A DNA stretch of 64,000 nt from an uncultured delta proteobacterium (GTDB lineage: Bacteria > Myxococcota_A > Polyangia > Polyangiales > Polyangiaceae): NCBI GenBank assembly GCA_963696385.1, contig CAVOKF010000001.1:348024-412023 (forward strand), read 5' to 3'. Positions 20,295 to 30,695 of this stretch are shown here, piece after piece; the first letter of the stretch is position 1; each line of letters opens with the position of its first letter. The notes beneath the pieces are model-generated. The model saw nothing but the letters and a program-made list of their open reading frames with translations. It had not been told where the DNA came from and did no database searches. The translations under genes and the position numbers were made by a program.

Positions 20295-21689
20295 TCATGT
20301 CGATCCCAAGGACGAAGGCGATGCGCCGGAGTGGTGGACAGGGGCGCTGCGCGCCTTCGGCGTTTGAGAAAACTGATTGGCCGGACGCTTGAGGCCCAGG
20401 TGATCGCGCAACGTTTTTCCCTCGTACTCGGTGCGGAAAATGCCCCGCTTCTGCAGATGCGGAACGACCCGATTGATGAAGTGCTCCAGCGAGTCCGGGA
20501 TGAACGACGGCTTCATGTTGAAGCCGTCGGCACCCTCGTGGACGAACCAGTCTTCGAGCTGGTCGGCGATGTCCACCGGCGTTCCCACGACGATGCGGTG
20601 TCCCTGCACGGCCGAGAAGCGCAAAATGAGCTCCCGGATGCTGAGGTTTTCGCGTTGGGCAAGCGCGATGGCCTGGCGCCAACGGCCCTTTCCGTTAACC
20701 GGCTCGGGCAGATCGGTCGGCATGGGACCGTCCAGCGGATACTTGGAAACATCGACACCGAAGAATTGCTTCGATCCCGATACGTCGACGGCGTCCCGGT
20801 ACGATTCGTACTTCTCTTGCGCTTCCTGCCGCGACGAACCGATGTGGAAGAACAAGCCGGGAGTGACCTTGAGGTCGTCGGGGTCGCGACCGTATTTGGC
20901 CAGACGTCCCTTCACGTCGCGGTAAAACGATTGCGCCTCTTCGAGCGTTTGTGCAGCCGCGTAAATCACCTCGGCGTACTGGGCCGCGAACTCGCGTCCG
21001 GCATCGGAATTGCCGGCCTGAAAGAAAACCGGGTACCCCTGGATCGGCCGTGCGATATCGAGGAGCGCGTCCACCGAAAAGTGCTTGCCGTGGTGATGAA
21101 GGGGGTGAGAGCTCTTGGGGTCGAAGAAGATGCCCGTTTCCTTGTTTGGACGATCGAACGCTCCGTCGTCCCAGCTGTCCCACAGCTTCTTCGTCACGTC
21201 GACGAACTCTCCCGCGCGCTCGTAGCGCCCGTCGTGGTCGAGGCCGTCCCGGACTCCGAAGGATTGCGCCGCTCCTTCCGAGAGCGACGAGACGATGTTC
21301 CAGCCCGATCGGCCCGCCGTGAGGTGATCGAGCGAAGCGAGGCGCCGTGCCACGTTGTACGGCTCATTGAAATTGGTGTTGATGGTCGCCACGAGGCCGA
21401 TGCGATTCGTGATTCCGGCAAGAGCGGCCACCAAGGAGGTCGGTTCGAAATGGCCGCCGTGCGGCCTGCCGCCCACGCCACGGATCTCGGCGCCGCCCTG
21501 AGCCACGAAATCCGCGAAGAACGCGAAATCAAATTTTCCGCGCTCGAGCAGCTTGACGATGCTCGCCCACTCCTCGAATTGGGGATTGCCACCGGCGTGG
21601 ACCTCCGGCCGGCGCCAGGCGTGCCCGTGGGTACCAAATTGCTGCACGAAGACCGACAGTGACAGCTGACGCTTCTTCTTCTGGCTCAT
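20295..21689 (-). CDS. LLM flavin-dependent monooxygenase, NtaA/SnaA/DszA family
   Basis: ERGKFDFAFFAD, FEP, PYNVARRLASLDHLTAGRSGWNIVSS, QAGNS, TLRDHLGL. Confidence 0.93.
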   Translation of the reverse strand: MSQKKKRQLSLSVFVQQFGTHGHAWRRPEVHAGGNPQFEEWASIVKLLERGKFDFAFFADFVAQGGAEIRGVGGRPHGGHFEPTSLVAALAGITNRIGLVATINTNFNEPYNVARRLASLDHLTAGRSGWNIVSSLSEGAAQSFGVRDGLDHDGRYERAGEFVDVTKKLWDSWDDGAFDRPNKETGIFFDPKSSHPLHHHGKHFSVDALLDIARPIQGYPVFFQAGNSDAGREFAAQYAEVIYAAAQTLEEAQSFYRDVKGRLAKYGRDPDDLKVTPGLFFHIGSSRQEAQEKYESYRDAVDVSGSKQFFGVDVSKYPLDGPMPTDLPEPVNGKGRWRQAIALAQRENLSIRELILRFSAVQGHRIVVGTPVDIADQLEDWFVHEGADGFNMKPSFIPDSLEHFINRVVPHLQKRGIFRTEYEGKTLRDHLGLKRPANQFSQTPKARSAPVHHSGASPSSLGST

Positions 21690-21776
21690 GACGCTTCCTC
21701 GCGATTTCTTCCTGCAACGATCGCTCGAGCCGGTCGACTTTCGACCGGACTCGAGCGATCCCGAAAGTGAAGCCGA

Positions 21777-22859
21777 TCAGGCGGCGCGAACGTTCTCGAG
21801 CGTGCGTGCCGCTTCTTCCAACGGGCGCCGATCGATCCAGGCGTCGAGGTCGAAGTCTCGATCGAGGACTCCGTGGACGAGCAGGAAGTCCTTTTGCTGC
21901 CGGAAGAGATCGACGCGATCGGCCGACAAATCGGGCGCAAGCGACTGATGAAAGCCGGCCCGATAGGCTTTTGCGACGCCCTCGGCCGTGGCGCCCGTCT
22001 CGCTCTGGAGGATCTCTTGCACTCCTTTCAAGTTGGTCTTGGCCCACTCCGCGGCGCGAAGCGTCTGGCGCAGGAACCGAACGAGCAAGTCGTAGTGGTG
22101 CTCCAAGAAGTATTCGTGCACCGTGACCGGGCGTGGTGTGCCGTTGTTCACCCGAAAGCGCCGCTCGGGCAGCTTGTCGAGATCGATGCCGACGACGAAG
22201 CCGTGCTTCGCCGCCCCGTCGGCCGCCGGGGCGCCCTTGACGTAGATGGCGTCGACCTCGCCCCGGGCGAGCGGCTCGAAGCTCGGCCAGAAGCTACCGT
22301 AGTTGTCGCGAGCGTTTGCATCGGGGGTCCGGTCTTGCCCAGCGCCTACTTCGACCAAGTGCACGTCCTTTAGCGTGAGACCGACGGAGGCGAGCGCGCC
22401 GTCGTAGCCATGGAGGCTCATGTGCCGCGCGATGCTTCGCCCACGCCGATTCTCAGCAATATCGACCGGATTGAAAGCCGGCAGGGCGAGGCGCCGACCC
22501 TTCAATTGCTGCGGCGAACGGATGTCGGAATCGGGCCGTACGAGAATCGATTGACCCTCGTCGATCCAGGTGAGGCCGATGAGACGCGTCGGGGCGCCCT
22601 GCGCCTTGGCCGGAATCGCAAAGAGATTTCCGCCTTCGCGAATGAGCGTGGACAGCTGGTGATCGTAATGGTGATGGCGGAGCTCCTTGCCGGCGTCTTC
22701 CTGCAGGGTGCGAAGGGCAATGCCGTCATTTTTGAACTCGGCGGTCAGATAGCCGAGCTTGTAGGCGATGCCGGACGCGGTGGGCACACCGCCCCGGCCA
22801 CCCCCGGCGCAGCGTGTGAACCAGATCTCATCGATTTTGGATTTCGGCGTGATGGCCAT
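21777..22859 (-). CDS. DszB-like (desulfinase / SBP-fold) protein 1 with Gly-rich insertion
   Basis: WFTRC(AGGGRGG)VPTA, HYDH, IREGGN, TRLIGLTW; no signal peptide. Confidence 0.8.
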   Translation of the reverse strand: MAITPKSKIDEIWFTRCAGGGRGGVPTASGIAYKLGYLTAEFKNDGIALRTLQEDAGKELRHHHYDHQLSTLIREGGNLFAIPAKAQGAPTRLIGLTWIDEGQSILVRPDSDIRSPQQLKGRRLALPAFNPVDIAENRRGRSIARHMSLHGYDGALASVGLTLKDVHLVEVGAGQDRTPDANARDNYGSFWPSFEPLARGEVDAIYVKGAPAADGAAKHGFVVGIDLDKLPERRFRVNNGTPRPVTVHEYFLEHHYDLLVRFLRQTLRAAEWAKTNLKGVQEILQSETGATAEGVAKAYRAGFHQSLAPDLSADRVDLFRQQKDFLLVHGVLDRDFDLDAWIDRRPLEEAARTLENVRAA

Positions 22860-22906
22860 GGGGTCGTTTCTCCGTTGGAGTTTGGGGCGCGCTTCGGACC
22901 GGATGA

Positions 22907-22942
22907 TGACTTTTATTTGGACCCATGTCCATCATAAAAGAC
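22907..22942. promoter_or_regulatory. GTCY-N8-RGAC box with a partner site
   Basis: GTCCATCATAAAAGAC at 22927; TGACTTTTATTTGGAC at 22907. Confidence 0.7.
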
Positions 22943-23074
22943 ACACGCTCAAAGGTCCGCCGCGCGCCCATTCGCTCGGAGACCGCTCTCGACGGCGCGG
23001 GCGGCGCCTTCTAGTCTTTCTGCGCAGACAGCCGAGCCGGCCCCGCGCCGGCCCTCACAGCCGGAGGGCCTCTC

Positions 23075-23980
23075 ATGGGAAACGACCGATCTCTCACTCA
23101 GGCCAGTGACTTCCATCCCGAAGTGTTGAGGCTCTTCGACCAGTACGTCCACAACGTCATCGACCGACATGCTTTTCTCGCCGGCGCGGCCCCATTCGCC
23201 GTGGGTGGGGTGACGGCGGCGAGCCTTCTCGAGGCGCTGCGTCCCCGGTTCGCCGAGGCTCAGCACGTGCCGAAGGAAGACCCGCGCCTCCACGGCGAGA
23301 CCGTCGAGTTCGCGTCGCCGCAAGGCTACGGCAAAGGCCGCGGCTATCTCGTGCGGCCGGCGGCCAAGGCTTTGGCCAAGCTGCCGACGGTGCTCGTCGT
23401 GCACGAGAACCGCGGGTTGAATCCTCACATCGAGGACGTCGCCCGGCGGCTTGCGCTCGAACATTTCGTTGCCTTCGCACCCGATGCCCTTTTCCCATTG
23501 GGGGGGTATCCCGGCGACGAAGACAGGGCGCGGGAAATGTTCTCGAAGCTCGACCCCTCCAAGACGCGGGAAGACTTCGTCGCTGCGGCGGGCTTCTCGC
23601 GGAGCCGGCCCGAGAGCAAAGGCAAGCTCGGCGTCGTGGGCTTCTGCTATGGCGGCGGCATCGCCAACTTTCTTGCGACGCGGCTGCCGGACCTCGACGC
23701 CGCAGTGCCGTTTTACGGCAGCGCCCCGCCCTCGGACAAGGTCGCCGCCATTCGGGCGCCGCTCCTCATCCATTTTGCCGAAAACGACGAGCGCATCAAC
23801 GGCGCATGGCCGGCCTACGAGACCGCGCTCAAAGCGGCCGGCGTGAAGTACGAAGCGTGCACCTATCCGGCGACGCAACACGGATTTCACAACGACACCA
23901 CGCCGCGCTACGACCCCGCGGCCGCCCAGCTCGCCTGGCAGCGTACCCTCGCCTTCTTGAACCGCACGCTGCGCGCCTAG
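23075..23980 (+). CDS. Dienelactone hydrolase family protein (YghX-like)
   Basis: VVHENRGLNPHIEDVARR, GFCYGG, QHGFHND. Confidence 0.92.
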   Translation: MGNDRSLTQASDFHPEVLRLFDQYVHNVIDRHAFLAGAAPFAVGGVTAASLLEALRPRFAEAQHVPKEDPRLHGETVEFASPQGYGKGRGYLVRPAAKALAKLPTVLVVHENRGLNPHIEDVARRLALEHFVAFAPDALFPLGGYPGDEDRAREMFSKLDPSKTREDFVAAAGFSRSRPESKGKLGVVGFCYGGGIANFLATRLPDLDAAVPFYGSAPPSDKVAAIRAPLLIHFAENDERINGAWPAYETALKAAGVKYEACTYPATQHGFHNDTTPRYDPAAAQLAWQRTLAFLNRTLRA

Positions 23981-24015
23981 AGCACCGAACGTGGTCGTGC
24001 CCGCTCCCGCGCCAC

Positions 24016-25785
24016 TCACGCGGACAGCTCGCCGGTTCGGGCCCCTTCCGTCTGAATGGTGAAGAGCTTCGCATAGAGGCCGCCTGCCCGTCCTGCGAGC
24101 GCCGCGTGACGGCCCTGTTCGAGGACGCTGCCGTCCTTGATCACCAATATTTGGTCGGCATTCATCACGGTGCTCAGGCGGTGGGCAATGATGACCGAGC
24201 TTCGTCCCCGCAGTAACCGTTGGAGCCCGCGCTGCACCAGATGCTCGGACTCGGAATCCAGGGCACTCGTGGCCTCGTCCAAGATGATCATCTCCGGCTC
24301 CTTGAGGAGCGCCCGAGCGACGGCGATCCGCTGCTTCTCACCGCCGGACAGCTTGACGCCCCGCTCCCCCACCAGCGTGGCGTACTGATCCGGCAGATGC
24401 TGGATGAAGTCATCCGCGTGGGCTGCAACGGCCGCCTGACGTACCTCGTCCAACGAGGCGGCCGGCTTGGCGAACGCGATGTTTTCGGCGACGTTGTCGT
24501 TGAACAGTGCGACGTCCTGAAGGACGACCCCGAGCTTGCTGCGAACGGAGCGCTGACGGTAGCGGCGCATGTCGAGGCCGTTCACGAGCACACGGCCCTC
24601 GGTCGGATCGTAGAACCGCATGAGGAGCTTGACGATCGTCGTCTTTCCGCTGCCGCTCGGCCCCACGAGGGCAAGCGATTGACCCTTGCCTAGCGAGAAT
24701 GACACGTCGCGCAGCGCATAGACGCTCTTGCCCGGGTAGCGAAAGCTCACGCGCTCGAACGCGATGGTGTCCAGCCTCTCGAGTTCCAGAGCGTCCGGCG
24801 CATCGGTGAGCTCGGCCTCCACGTCCAAGAGCTCGACCAGTCGCTCAGCGCTGCTCTCGACCTCACCCATCTGATTGACCTGACGCGAAATGGGGGTGAT
24901 GGTGTTGATGAGGGTCTGAGTCAGGGTCAGCACGAGCAGGATGTCCCCTGCGGTGTACCGACCCGCCAATGCGCCGCGTGCCGTGACCGCCACTGCGGCG
25001 AAGACTCCCAAGGCGTTTGCGATGTTCAGTGCCAGCGCCGAACGCCACTCGGTGCGGTGTAGGGCGTCTCGCGTCACCTTCCACTGCGCCTGGGTCTTGT
25101 CGTATCGCTGCTTGACGGCGAGCTCGCCCCCAAAGCTGCGAACGGTCGCGATGTTGCCCACCATTTCGGCCAGCAGGCCGGTCATTCGTCCCGCGAGCGC
25201 CTGCCAGCCACGCCGGTGCGGCTTGGTCCAACCGACCGTCCGGTGCGAAATTACCAAGTTGAACAGCACGACGCACGTCAAAATGGCACCGATGAGCGGG
25301 ACCCTGGTGAGGAGCAGTCCGATGATGAAGAGCATTTGGAGAATGCTCGCGAGCGTGCCCTCGGTCAGGGACATGAGCCACATGGTGATCTGGGTGATCG
25401 CTCCGAAGCGATCCATGATCTCACCGACCCGCATCTTCTCGAAGTAGTCGATCGACAAGCGGGTCATGTTGTCGAACACACGCTGCCGAAAGGTGCTGAC
25501 GGCATCGAGCCACAGATCGTCGGCCTGACGGTCCTGCATCGCGCCCAACAGCACGACCGCCAACCGAAACGCGAAGAAGGCCGCAATCAACACAGTGATC
25601 TGGTGTGCGGCTTGCGGCCGGGAAAGCCGGTGCGACAGCAAACCCGACAGCACGTCGACGATCATCTTGTAGAGTTGTGGGGTTGCCGTGCCGATGGCTC
25701 CGAGAGCCGTTCCGACGACGAAAACGCCGATGACCCGTCCGCGATACTCGGGGATGAACCGAACCGCTCGCCAGATGTTCTTCAT
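24016..25785 (-). CDS. Type IV (exporter-fold) ABC half-transporter
   Basis: TM domain plus GPSGSGKT, LSGGE, ILDEAT; start taken at MKNIW after GAGG. Confidence 0.92.
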   Translation of the reverse strand: MKNIWRAVRFIPEYRGRVIGVFVVGTALGAIGTATPQLYKMIVDVLSGLLSHRLSRPQAAHQITVLIAAFFAFRLAVVLLGAMQDRQADDLWLDAVSTFRQRVFDNMTRLSIDYFEKMRVGEIMDRFGAITQITMWLMSLTEGTLASILQMLFIIGLLLTRVPLIGAILTCVVLFNLVISHRTVGWTKPHRRGWQALAGRMTGLLAEMVGNIATVRSFGGELAVKQRYDKTQAQWKVTRDALHRTEWRSALALNIANALGVFAAVAVTARGALAGRYTAGDILLVLTLTQTLINTITPISRQVNQMGEVESSAERLVELLDVEAELTDAPDALELERLDTIAFERVSFRYPGKSVYALRDVSFSLGKGQSLALVGPSGSGKTTIVKLLMRFYDPTEGRVLVNGLDMRRYRQRSVRSKLGVVLQDVALFNDNVAENIAFAKPAASLDEVRQAAVAAHADDFIQHLPDQYATLVGERGVKLSGGEKQRIAVARALLKEPEMIILDEATSALDSESEHLVQRGLQRLLRGRSSVIIAHRLSTVMNADQILVIKDGSVLEQGRHAALAGRAGGLYAKLFTIQTEGARTGELSA

Positions 25786-25807
25786 GCAGGCAACCTCATG
25801 GGCCCCC

Positions 25808-27679
25808 TCACGCGCTGGCCGCTTCGGGGCGGGCACCCGGCAGAAATCCGTCCACCTGACGGCTCCAGAGGTGCGCATACGTGCCGCCCCGCGACCGAAG
25901 ATCGGCGTGCGTCCCGTCCTCGACGATGCGCCCCGCGTCGAACACGAGGATGCGATCGAGGTGCGCGATGGTCGATAGCCGGTGCGCGACGACGATGACC
26001 GTCTTTTTCGCCATCAAGTCTTCGAGGCTGCTCTGCAGGCGCTTTTCCGTCACCGAATCGAGACTCGAGGTGGCTTCGTCGAGGATGAGAATCGGGGCAT
26101 TTTTCAGAATGACGCGCGCGATTGCGATGCGCTGTCTCTGCCCGCCCGACAGCTTGACGCCACGCTCGCCCACGAGCGAGTCGTAGCCGTCGCCGAGGGC
26201 TGCGATGAAATCGTGCGCATGCGCCCGGCGTGCAGCGGTCTCCACGTCCTGGACGCCCGCGCCCGGGCGCCCGTATGCGATGTTCTCCCGAAGCGTCCGG
26301 TGAAAGAGGGTGGGTTCCTGCGGGATGAGGCCGATCTGCTCGTGCAGCGAGCTCAAGCTGACGGCACGAATGTCGACTCCGTCGACCGAGATGCTTCCCT
26401 TCTGCGGGTCGTACAGCCTCAAAATAAGATTGACCAGGGTCGACTTGCCCGAGCCCGAATAGCCTACGAGGCCTACCCGCTCTCCGGGGCGAATCGTCAG
26501 GTCAAGCCGGTCGAAGACGTTCGATCCAGAACGGTAGGCGAACGTCACCCCGGCGAAGCGAATTTCGCCGCGCCGCACGACGAGCGGGGTCGCGTCGGCC
26601 CTCTCGGTCAAGTCGTGGGGGCGGACAATCGTGCGCACGCCATTTTCGATGTTGCCCACGTACTCGAAGAACTCCATGAAGCGTCGGCCGAGGTTGCGCG
26701 CTTCGGTGATGATGAGAAGCGCCATGCTCGTGCTCATCACGAAGGAGCCGAGGTCGATCCGCCCGCGACGCCACAGCGCCAACGAGAACCAAAGCGTACC
26801 GACCTTAAGCGTCAGCGCGGAGAGATGCTGAAACCAGCGAATGCGCTCAGTGTGTGCGTGCGCGACCCGGGCCGCGCCGACCTCGGATTCGAGATAGCCG
26901 TCCACGTAGCGTCGCTCGAAGAGAAGTCTCGCGAAGAGGCGCACGCTCGACACGTTGGCGACCGAGTCCACGAGCTTTCCGCTCGTGACGCTCCGTGCGG
27001 CCGCATGCCGGCGCGCATACGGCTGGCAGCTCTTGGCGAGGACGTAGGAGACCGAAACGAAGACGACGGCCCAAACCCCGACGAACGCCGCGAGCGCGCC
27101 GTTCGCACGAGAGACGAACGTCACGGCCACCGTCAGCGTGATGGCAATGGGCCAGAAATCGAAGAGCAGGGCCCAGAGCGACTGGGTCACGCCAAGAGCG
27201 GTCTCGGAGATTCGATGGGCCAACGCGCCGGCGAACGAATCGTTGAAGTAGCTCTGAGCGTGGTGTTGCAGGTACGCGTGTAGATCGTTGGTGACCTTCT
27301 GCCGGAGCCGGGGGCTCACCGTAAACTGGCAGTTTCCGGCGACACGGCTGAAGACGACCTCGGCAACGCTCAGTGCGACAAAGGCGCCGACTATCCTCGG
27401 CAGGCCGGGAGGAGCGCCTACGCCCGACGCGACCTTTCGCGTGATGCTGCCCAGGGCGTACGGGATCGAGATGCTCACCGCCGCAGAGCCGGTCTCCAAG
27501 AGGAAGGTAGCGAGGTACCACCAGCGGAAGAACCTGACGTAACGGCAGGCAAAGCGGAACGGCGTATCGGGCAGGTCCGGCGGCGACGCACCGCGTGCGT
27601 CCGGCACGGGCTGGCCGGCGACGCCGCGGCGAGCGTCGGACGATCGCTCCAGGCCGGATTCGGTAACCGCACAGCTCAT
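25808..27679 (-). CDS. Type IV ABC half-transporter
   Basis: TM domain plus GYSGSGKS, LSGGQ, ILDEAT. Confidence 0.92.
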   Translation of the reverse strand: MSCAVTESGLERSSDARRGVAGQPVPDARGASPPDLPDTPFRFACRYVRFFRWWYLATFLLETGSAAVSISIPYALGSITRKVASGVGAPPGLPRIVGAFVALSVAEVVFSRVAGNCQFTVSPRLRQKVTNDLHAYLQHHAQSYFNDSFAGALAHRISETALGVTQSLWALLFDFWPIAITLTVAVTFVSRANGALAAFVGVWAVVFVSVSYVLAKSCQPYARRHAAARSVTSGKLVDSVANVSSVRLFARLLFERRYVDGYLESEVGAARVAHAHTERIRWFQHLSALTLKVGTLWFSLALWRRGRIDLGSFVMSTSMALLIITEARNLGRRFMEFFEYVGNIENGVRTIVRPHDLTERADATPLVVRRGEIRFAGVTFAYRSGSNVFDRLDLTIRPGERVGLVGYSGSGKSTLVNLILRLYDPQKGSISVDGVDIRAVSLSSLHEQIGLIPQEPTLFHRTLRENIAYGRPGAGVQDVETAARRAHAHDFIAALGDGYDSLVGERGVKLSGGQRQRIAIARVILKNAPILILDEATSSLDSVTEKRLQSSLEDLMAKKTVIVVAHRLSTIAHLDRILVFDAGRIVEDGTHADLRSRGGTYAHLWSRQVDGFLPGARPEAASA

Positions 27680-27708
27680 CGGCGTTCACCACCATACCAC
27701 GGAAGCGC

Positions 27709-27795
27709 GTCTCATTCAGAAGACTGATGCGAATCATGCCAAGCCACGGCGCATTGGGACGCATTTATTGCAGACCTATGTCTTTTGCTACAGAC
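27709..27795. promoter_or_regulatory. Two GTCY-N8-RGAC boxes in a divergent promoter
   Basis: GTCTCATTCAGAAGAC at 27709; GTCTTTTGCTACAGAC at 27780 with a half-site ending AGAC at 27760-27775. Confidence 0.7.
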
Positions 27796-27844
27796 TGAAG
27801 CCTCATTCGGGAGTAGAGAGCATGGGGAGTCTTCGGAGAGGGTC

Positions 27845-28885
27845 ATGAGTCGAACCTCGTTGAACGCCAACATCCTGGCCGTCGTCGTCGGCCTCTCGGG
27901 ACTTTTTTGGGCTTGTGACTCGCCGAAGAAGTCCCAAGGGATCGCGCCTGAGCCCGCGCCGGGCGACTCTCCACCGATCGTCATCCGATTCAGCGACCCA
28001 GGCAATGCGGGGGTCTTCGCGTACGCGAAGCGCGAAGGCATTCTCGCCCGAGAGCTCGCGAAGGTCGACGCGACTATCGAGTGGGTGCCGGGTGGCGGGT
28101 CGTTCAGTGCCACCGCCGATGCGATGAACTCGGGGGCCATCAACGCATCGGGCGGAGCGGTCAGTCCGATCGTCGGAGCGCTGTCGCACAAGCTGCCGTT
28201 TCGCATCTACGCGGTCTCGGATCCGGGCGGCACGCGGCGAGCCGGCATCGTGTCTCCGGCTTCGAGCTCGATCCGGACGGTCCAGGATCTGGTGGGCAAA
28301 CGCGTCGCCGTCAATCTGGCCGCGCATGGCGACTACATCCTGCTAAAGGCTCTGTCGCACGCTGGCGTCCCGGCCGGATCCGTCACCCGGGTGCCGATCC
28401 AGCCCCCGGATGCCGCGGCGGCGTTCGCGAGCGGCAAGATCGACGCGTGGTCGACGTTCGGCGTGTACTTCTCCACCGCCGTCCGCAACGGGGCACACGT
28501 CGTTGCCACGGAGGACGAGATTCAGTCCGACGATGTTGGCGTGCTTTCGGCGAACGCCGCCGTCCTGGAGAAAGGCCCTCGGGCCTTCCAGGTGATCTTG
28601 AAGGTCTCGCAGGAACTCACCGAGATCGCGCACCAGAGCCCGGAAAAATTCGAAAACGTCTTCACCGAAAAGGGGCCGACCGCTCTTTCGGGCGAAGAGC
28701 TCCGGACGGCGACCGAAGAGACCCGCACGCTGCCTGCCTTTCGCATTCCGAACGCTGCCGACCGAATCCGGATTGCCAACGTGGCGAGGTTGCTTTTTGA
28801 CAACCATTCGATCGATCGCGACATCTCGGTTGCCGAAATCGTCTTCGACATCGACGAGGCGGCCAAGAGAGCCTCCGCCAACTGA
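27845..28885 (+). CDS. SsuA-like ABC substrate-binding lipoprotein
   Basis: Lipobox FWAC; SIRTVQDLVGKRVA; AAAAFASGKIDAW. Confidence 0.88.
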   Translation: MSRTSLNANILAVVVGLSGLFWACDSPKKSQGIAPEPAPGDSPPIVIRFSDPGNAGVFAYAKREGILARELAKVDATIEWVPGGGSFSATADAMNSGAINASGGAVSPIVGALSHKLPFRIYAVSDPGGTRRAGIVSPASSSIRTVQDLVGKRVAVNLAAHGDYILLKALSHAGVPAGSVTRVPIQPPDAAAAFASGKIDAWSTFGVYFSTAVRNGAHVVATEDEIQSDDVGVLSANAAVLEKGPRAFQVILKVSQELTEIAHQSPEKFENVFTEKGPTALSGEELRTATEETRTLPAFRIPNAADRIRIANVARLLFDNHSIDRDISVAEIVFDIDEAAKRASAN

Positions 28886-28940
28886 ACGGCTCGACGGCTT
28901 CGGCGGAGAGACGACCGCGATCGCGCCCGACAGGCAGCCC

Positions 28941-29903
28941 ATGCAGCAAAAGCCCGCTTCCCTCTTCCGCCCCTTCTCCATCGAGTCCATCGAGTCGCCC
29001 TCTCCCGCCGCTTTGTCTCCAACGGCGGAGTTTCCCGCTCCAGCGGTGGGACGGCGGCCGGCTTCGACCGCGCCGGTCACGGCGCCGGCGCCCACCCCGC
29101 GTCTCGAACGGCCCGTGTTTCTGGGCACGAGACCCCGCTCGCGCGCCCTTTCGGTGTCGGTGCGCGCGAGCGTCCCGTCGGTGCTTCTCGTCGGCTGGTG
29201 GTACGGGACGCGATCGGGGGCCATTCCGGCCGCCGTTTTCGCCTCGCCGGGCGACGTCGTCCGTGCGCTGATGGAGATCCACGATACCGGTCAGCTGCGC
29301 GAGTTTCTCGAGGCATCGCTGATGCGTGCAGGGCTTGGCGTCGCTTTGGGGGTCTCGGCGGGTCTGGTCTTGGGCGTCGGAGCCGGTCTTTCGGCGTTGG
29401 GAGAGGAGATCGTCGACCCGACGATGCAGATGATCCGCGCCGTCCCCTTCCTGGCGATGGTGCCGCTCTTCATCTCCTGGTTCGGAATCGATGAGACCTT
29501 CAAGGTGGCACTCATCGGAGTCGCATCGGCATTTCCGATGTATGCGTATTCCTACTTGGGAGTGCGCAACGTGGATCGCAAAGTGGTCGAAATGGCTCGA
29601 TGCTTCGGACTGCGCGGGTGGGGGCTCTTGTCGCGCATCATCTTGCCGAGCGCGCTGCCCAGTCTGCTCATGGCTCTGCGGATCTGCCTGGCGGTGAGCG
29701 TCATCGGCCTCATCGGCGCGGAGCAAGTCGGCACGACGAAGGGCATCGGCTACCTCGTTCTTCTCGCGAAGCAATACTACCGGCAGGACTACATGGTGCT
29801 GTGCATCGTGCTGTACGCCGCTCTGGGATTGGTGTTCGATCTGTTCATCCGCACGGTCGAGCGTGTCACGATGCCTTGGCGTCGCCACACGGCGGCACGA
29901 TGA
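28941..29903 (+). CDS. SsuC-like ABC permease
   Basis: VPFLAMVPLFISWFG, GVRNVD, ILPSALP, AEQ. Confidence 0.9.
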   Translation: MQQKPASLFRPFSIESIESPSPAALSPTAEFPAPAVGRRPASTAPVTAPAPTPRLERPVFLGTRPRSRALSVSVRASVPSVLLVGWWYGTRSGAIPAAVFASPGDVVRALMEIHDTGQLREFLEASLMRAGLGVALGVSAGLVLGVGAGLSALGEEIVDPTMQMIRAVPFLAMVPLFISWFGIDETFKVALIGVASAFPMYAYSYLGVRNVDRKVVEMARCFGLRGWGLLSRIILPSALPSLLMALRICLAVSVIGLIGAEQVGTTKGIGYLVLLAKQYYRQDYMVLCIVLYAALGLVFDLFIRTVERVTMPWRRHTAAR

Positions 29904-30667
29904 TGCAGCCATCGCCGGCAGTGGCGTCGCACGATCGCGCCCGATCGGAAGGCGACGATCTGGCGATTCGAATTTCGGGCGTCTCGAAGCGATTCGGCGC
30001 GAAAGTGATCCTCGACCGAATCGATCTCGAGATTCGGCGCGGGCAGTTCGTGGTGCTCCTCGGTCCGAGCGGCACCGGCAAGACGACGTTGCTCCGGATC
30101 CTCGCTGGGCTCGAAGAGGCCGACCAAGGGGTCGTGCTCGTGCCCCGGGTGAGGACGATTGTGTATCAGGAGCCGCGTCTCGTTCAATCGATGCGCGTCG
30201 CCGCGAACGTGGCGATCGGGCAGCCGCGCACCCAAGCGACTCGCGACGCCGCGCTCCGCGCTCTCTCGGAGGTCGGACTTCAGGATCACGCCCGCGCGTG
30301 GCCCGCGACGCTGTCGGGTGGCGAAGCCCAGCGCGTTGCGCTGGCTCGTGCGCTCGTGCGAAGTCCCGATCTGCTGCTGCTCGACGAGCCGTTCGCCTCG
30401 CTTGATGCATTGACGCGCTTGCAGATGCAGGATCTGGTGGTCCGACTCGTCGCCGTGCACCGGCCGGCGGCATTGCTCGTGACGCACGATCCGGACGAGG
30501 CGCTCTGTCTGGCCGATCGCATCTTGATCCTCCGATCGGGCAGCTTCGCTCTCGACCTTCGGATCACCGCATCGCGCCAGCACGACCGCAACGATGCCGA
30601 GTTTCTGCGAACTCGCCGCCTGCTTCTCGAGACGCTCGGGGTCCTGCCGCCCGCCGTCGGCCGCTAG
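29900..30667 (+). CDS. SsuB-like ABC ATP-binding protein
   Basis: GPSGTGKT, LSGGE, LLDEPF; ATGA overlap with the permease. Confidence 0.92.
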   Translation: MMQPSPAVASHDRARSEGDDLAIRISGVSKRFGAKVILDRIDLEIRRGQFVVLLGPSGTGKTTLLRILAGLEEADQGVVLVPRVRTIVYQEPRLVQSMRVAANVAIGQPRTQATRDAALRALSEVGLQDHARAWPATLSGGEAQRVALARALVRSPDLLLLDEPFASLDALTRLQMQDLVVRLVAVHRPAALLVTHDPDEALCLADRILILRSGSFALDLRITASRQHDRNDAEFLRTRRLLLETLGVLPPAVGR

Positions 30668-30695
30668 AGCGCGGAACGGCACGAAGCGTCCCCTG

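Noticed and set aside
20295..22859. Canonical dszABC dibenzothiophene operon
   Set aside because: No DszC-type acyl-CoA-dehydrogenase-fold monooxygenase in the window; similarity is at family level only
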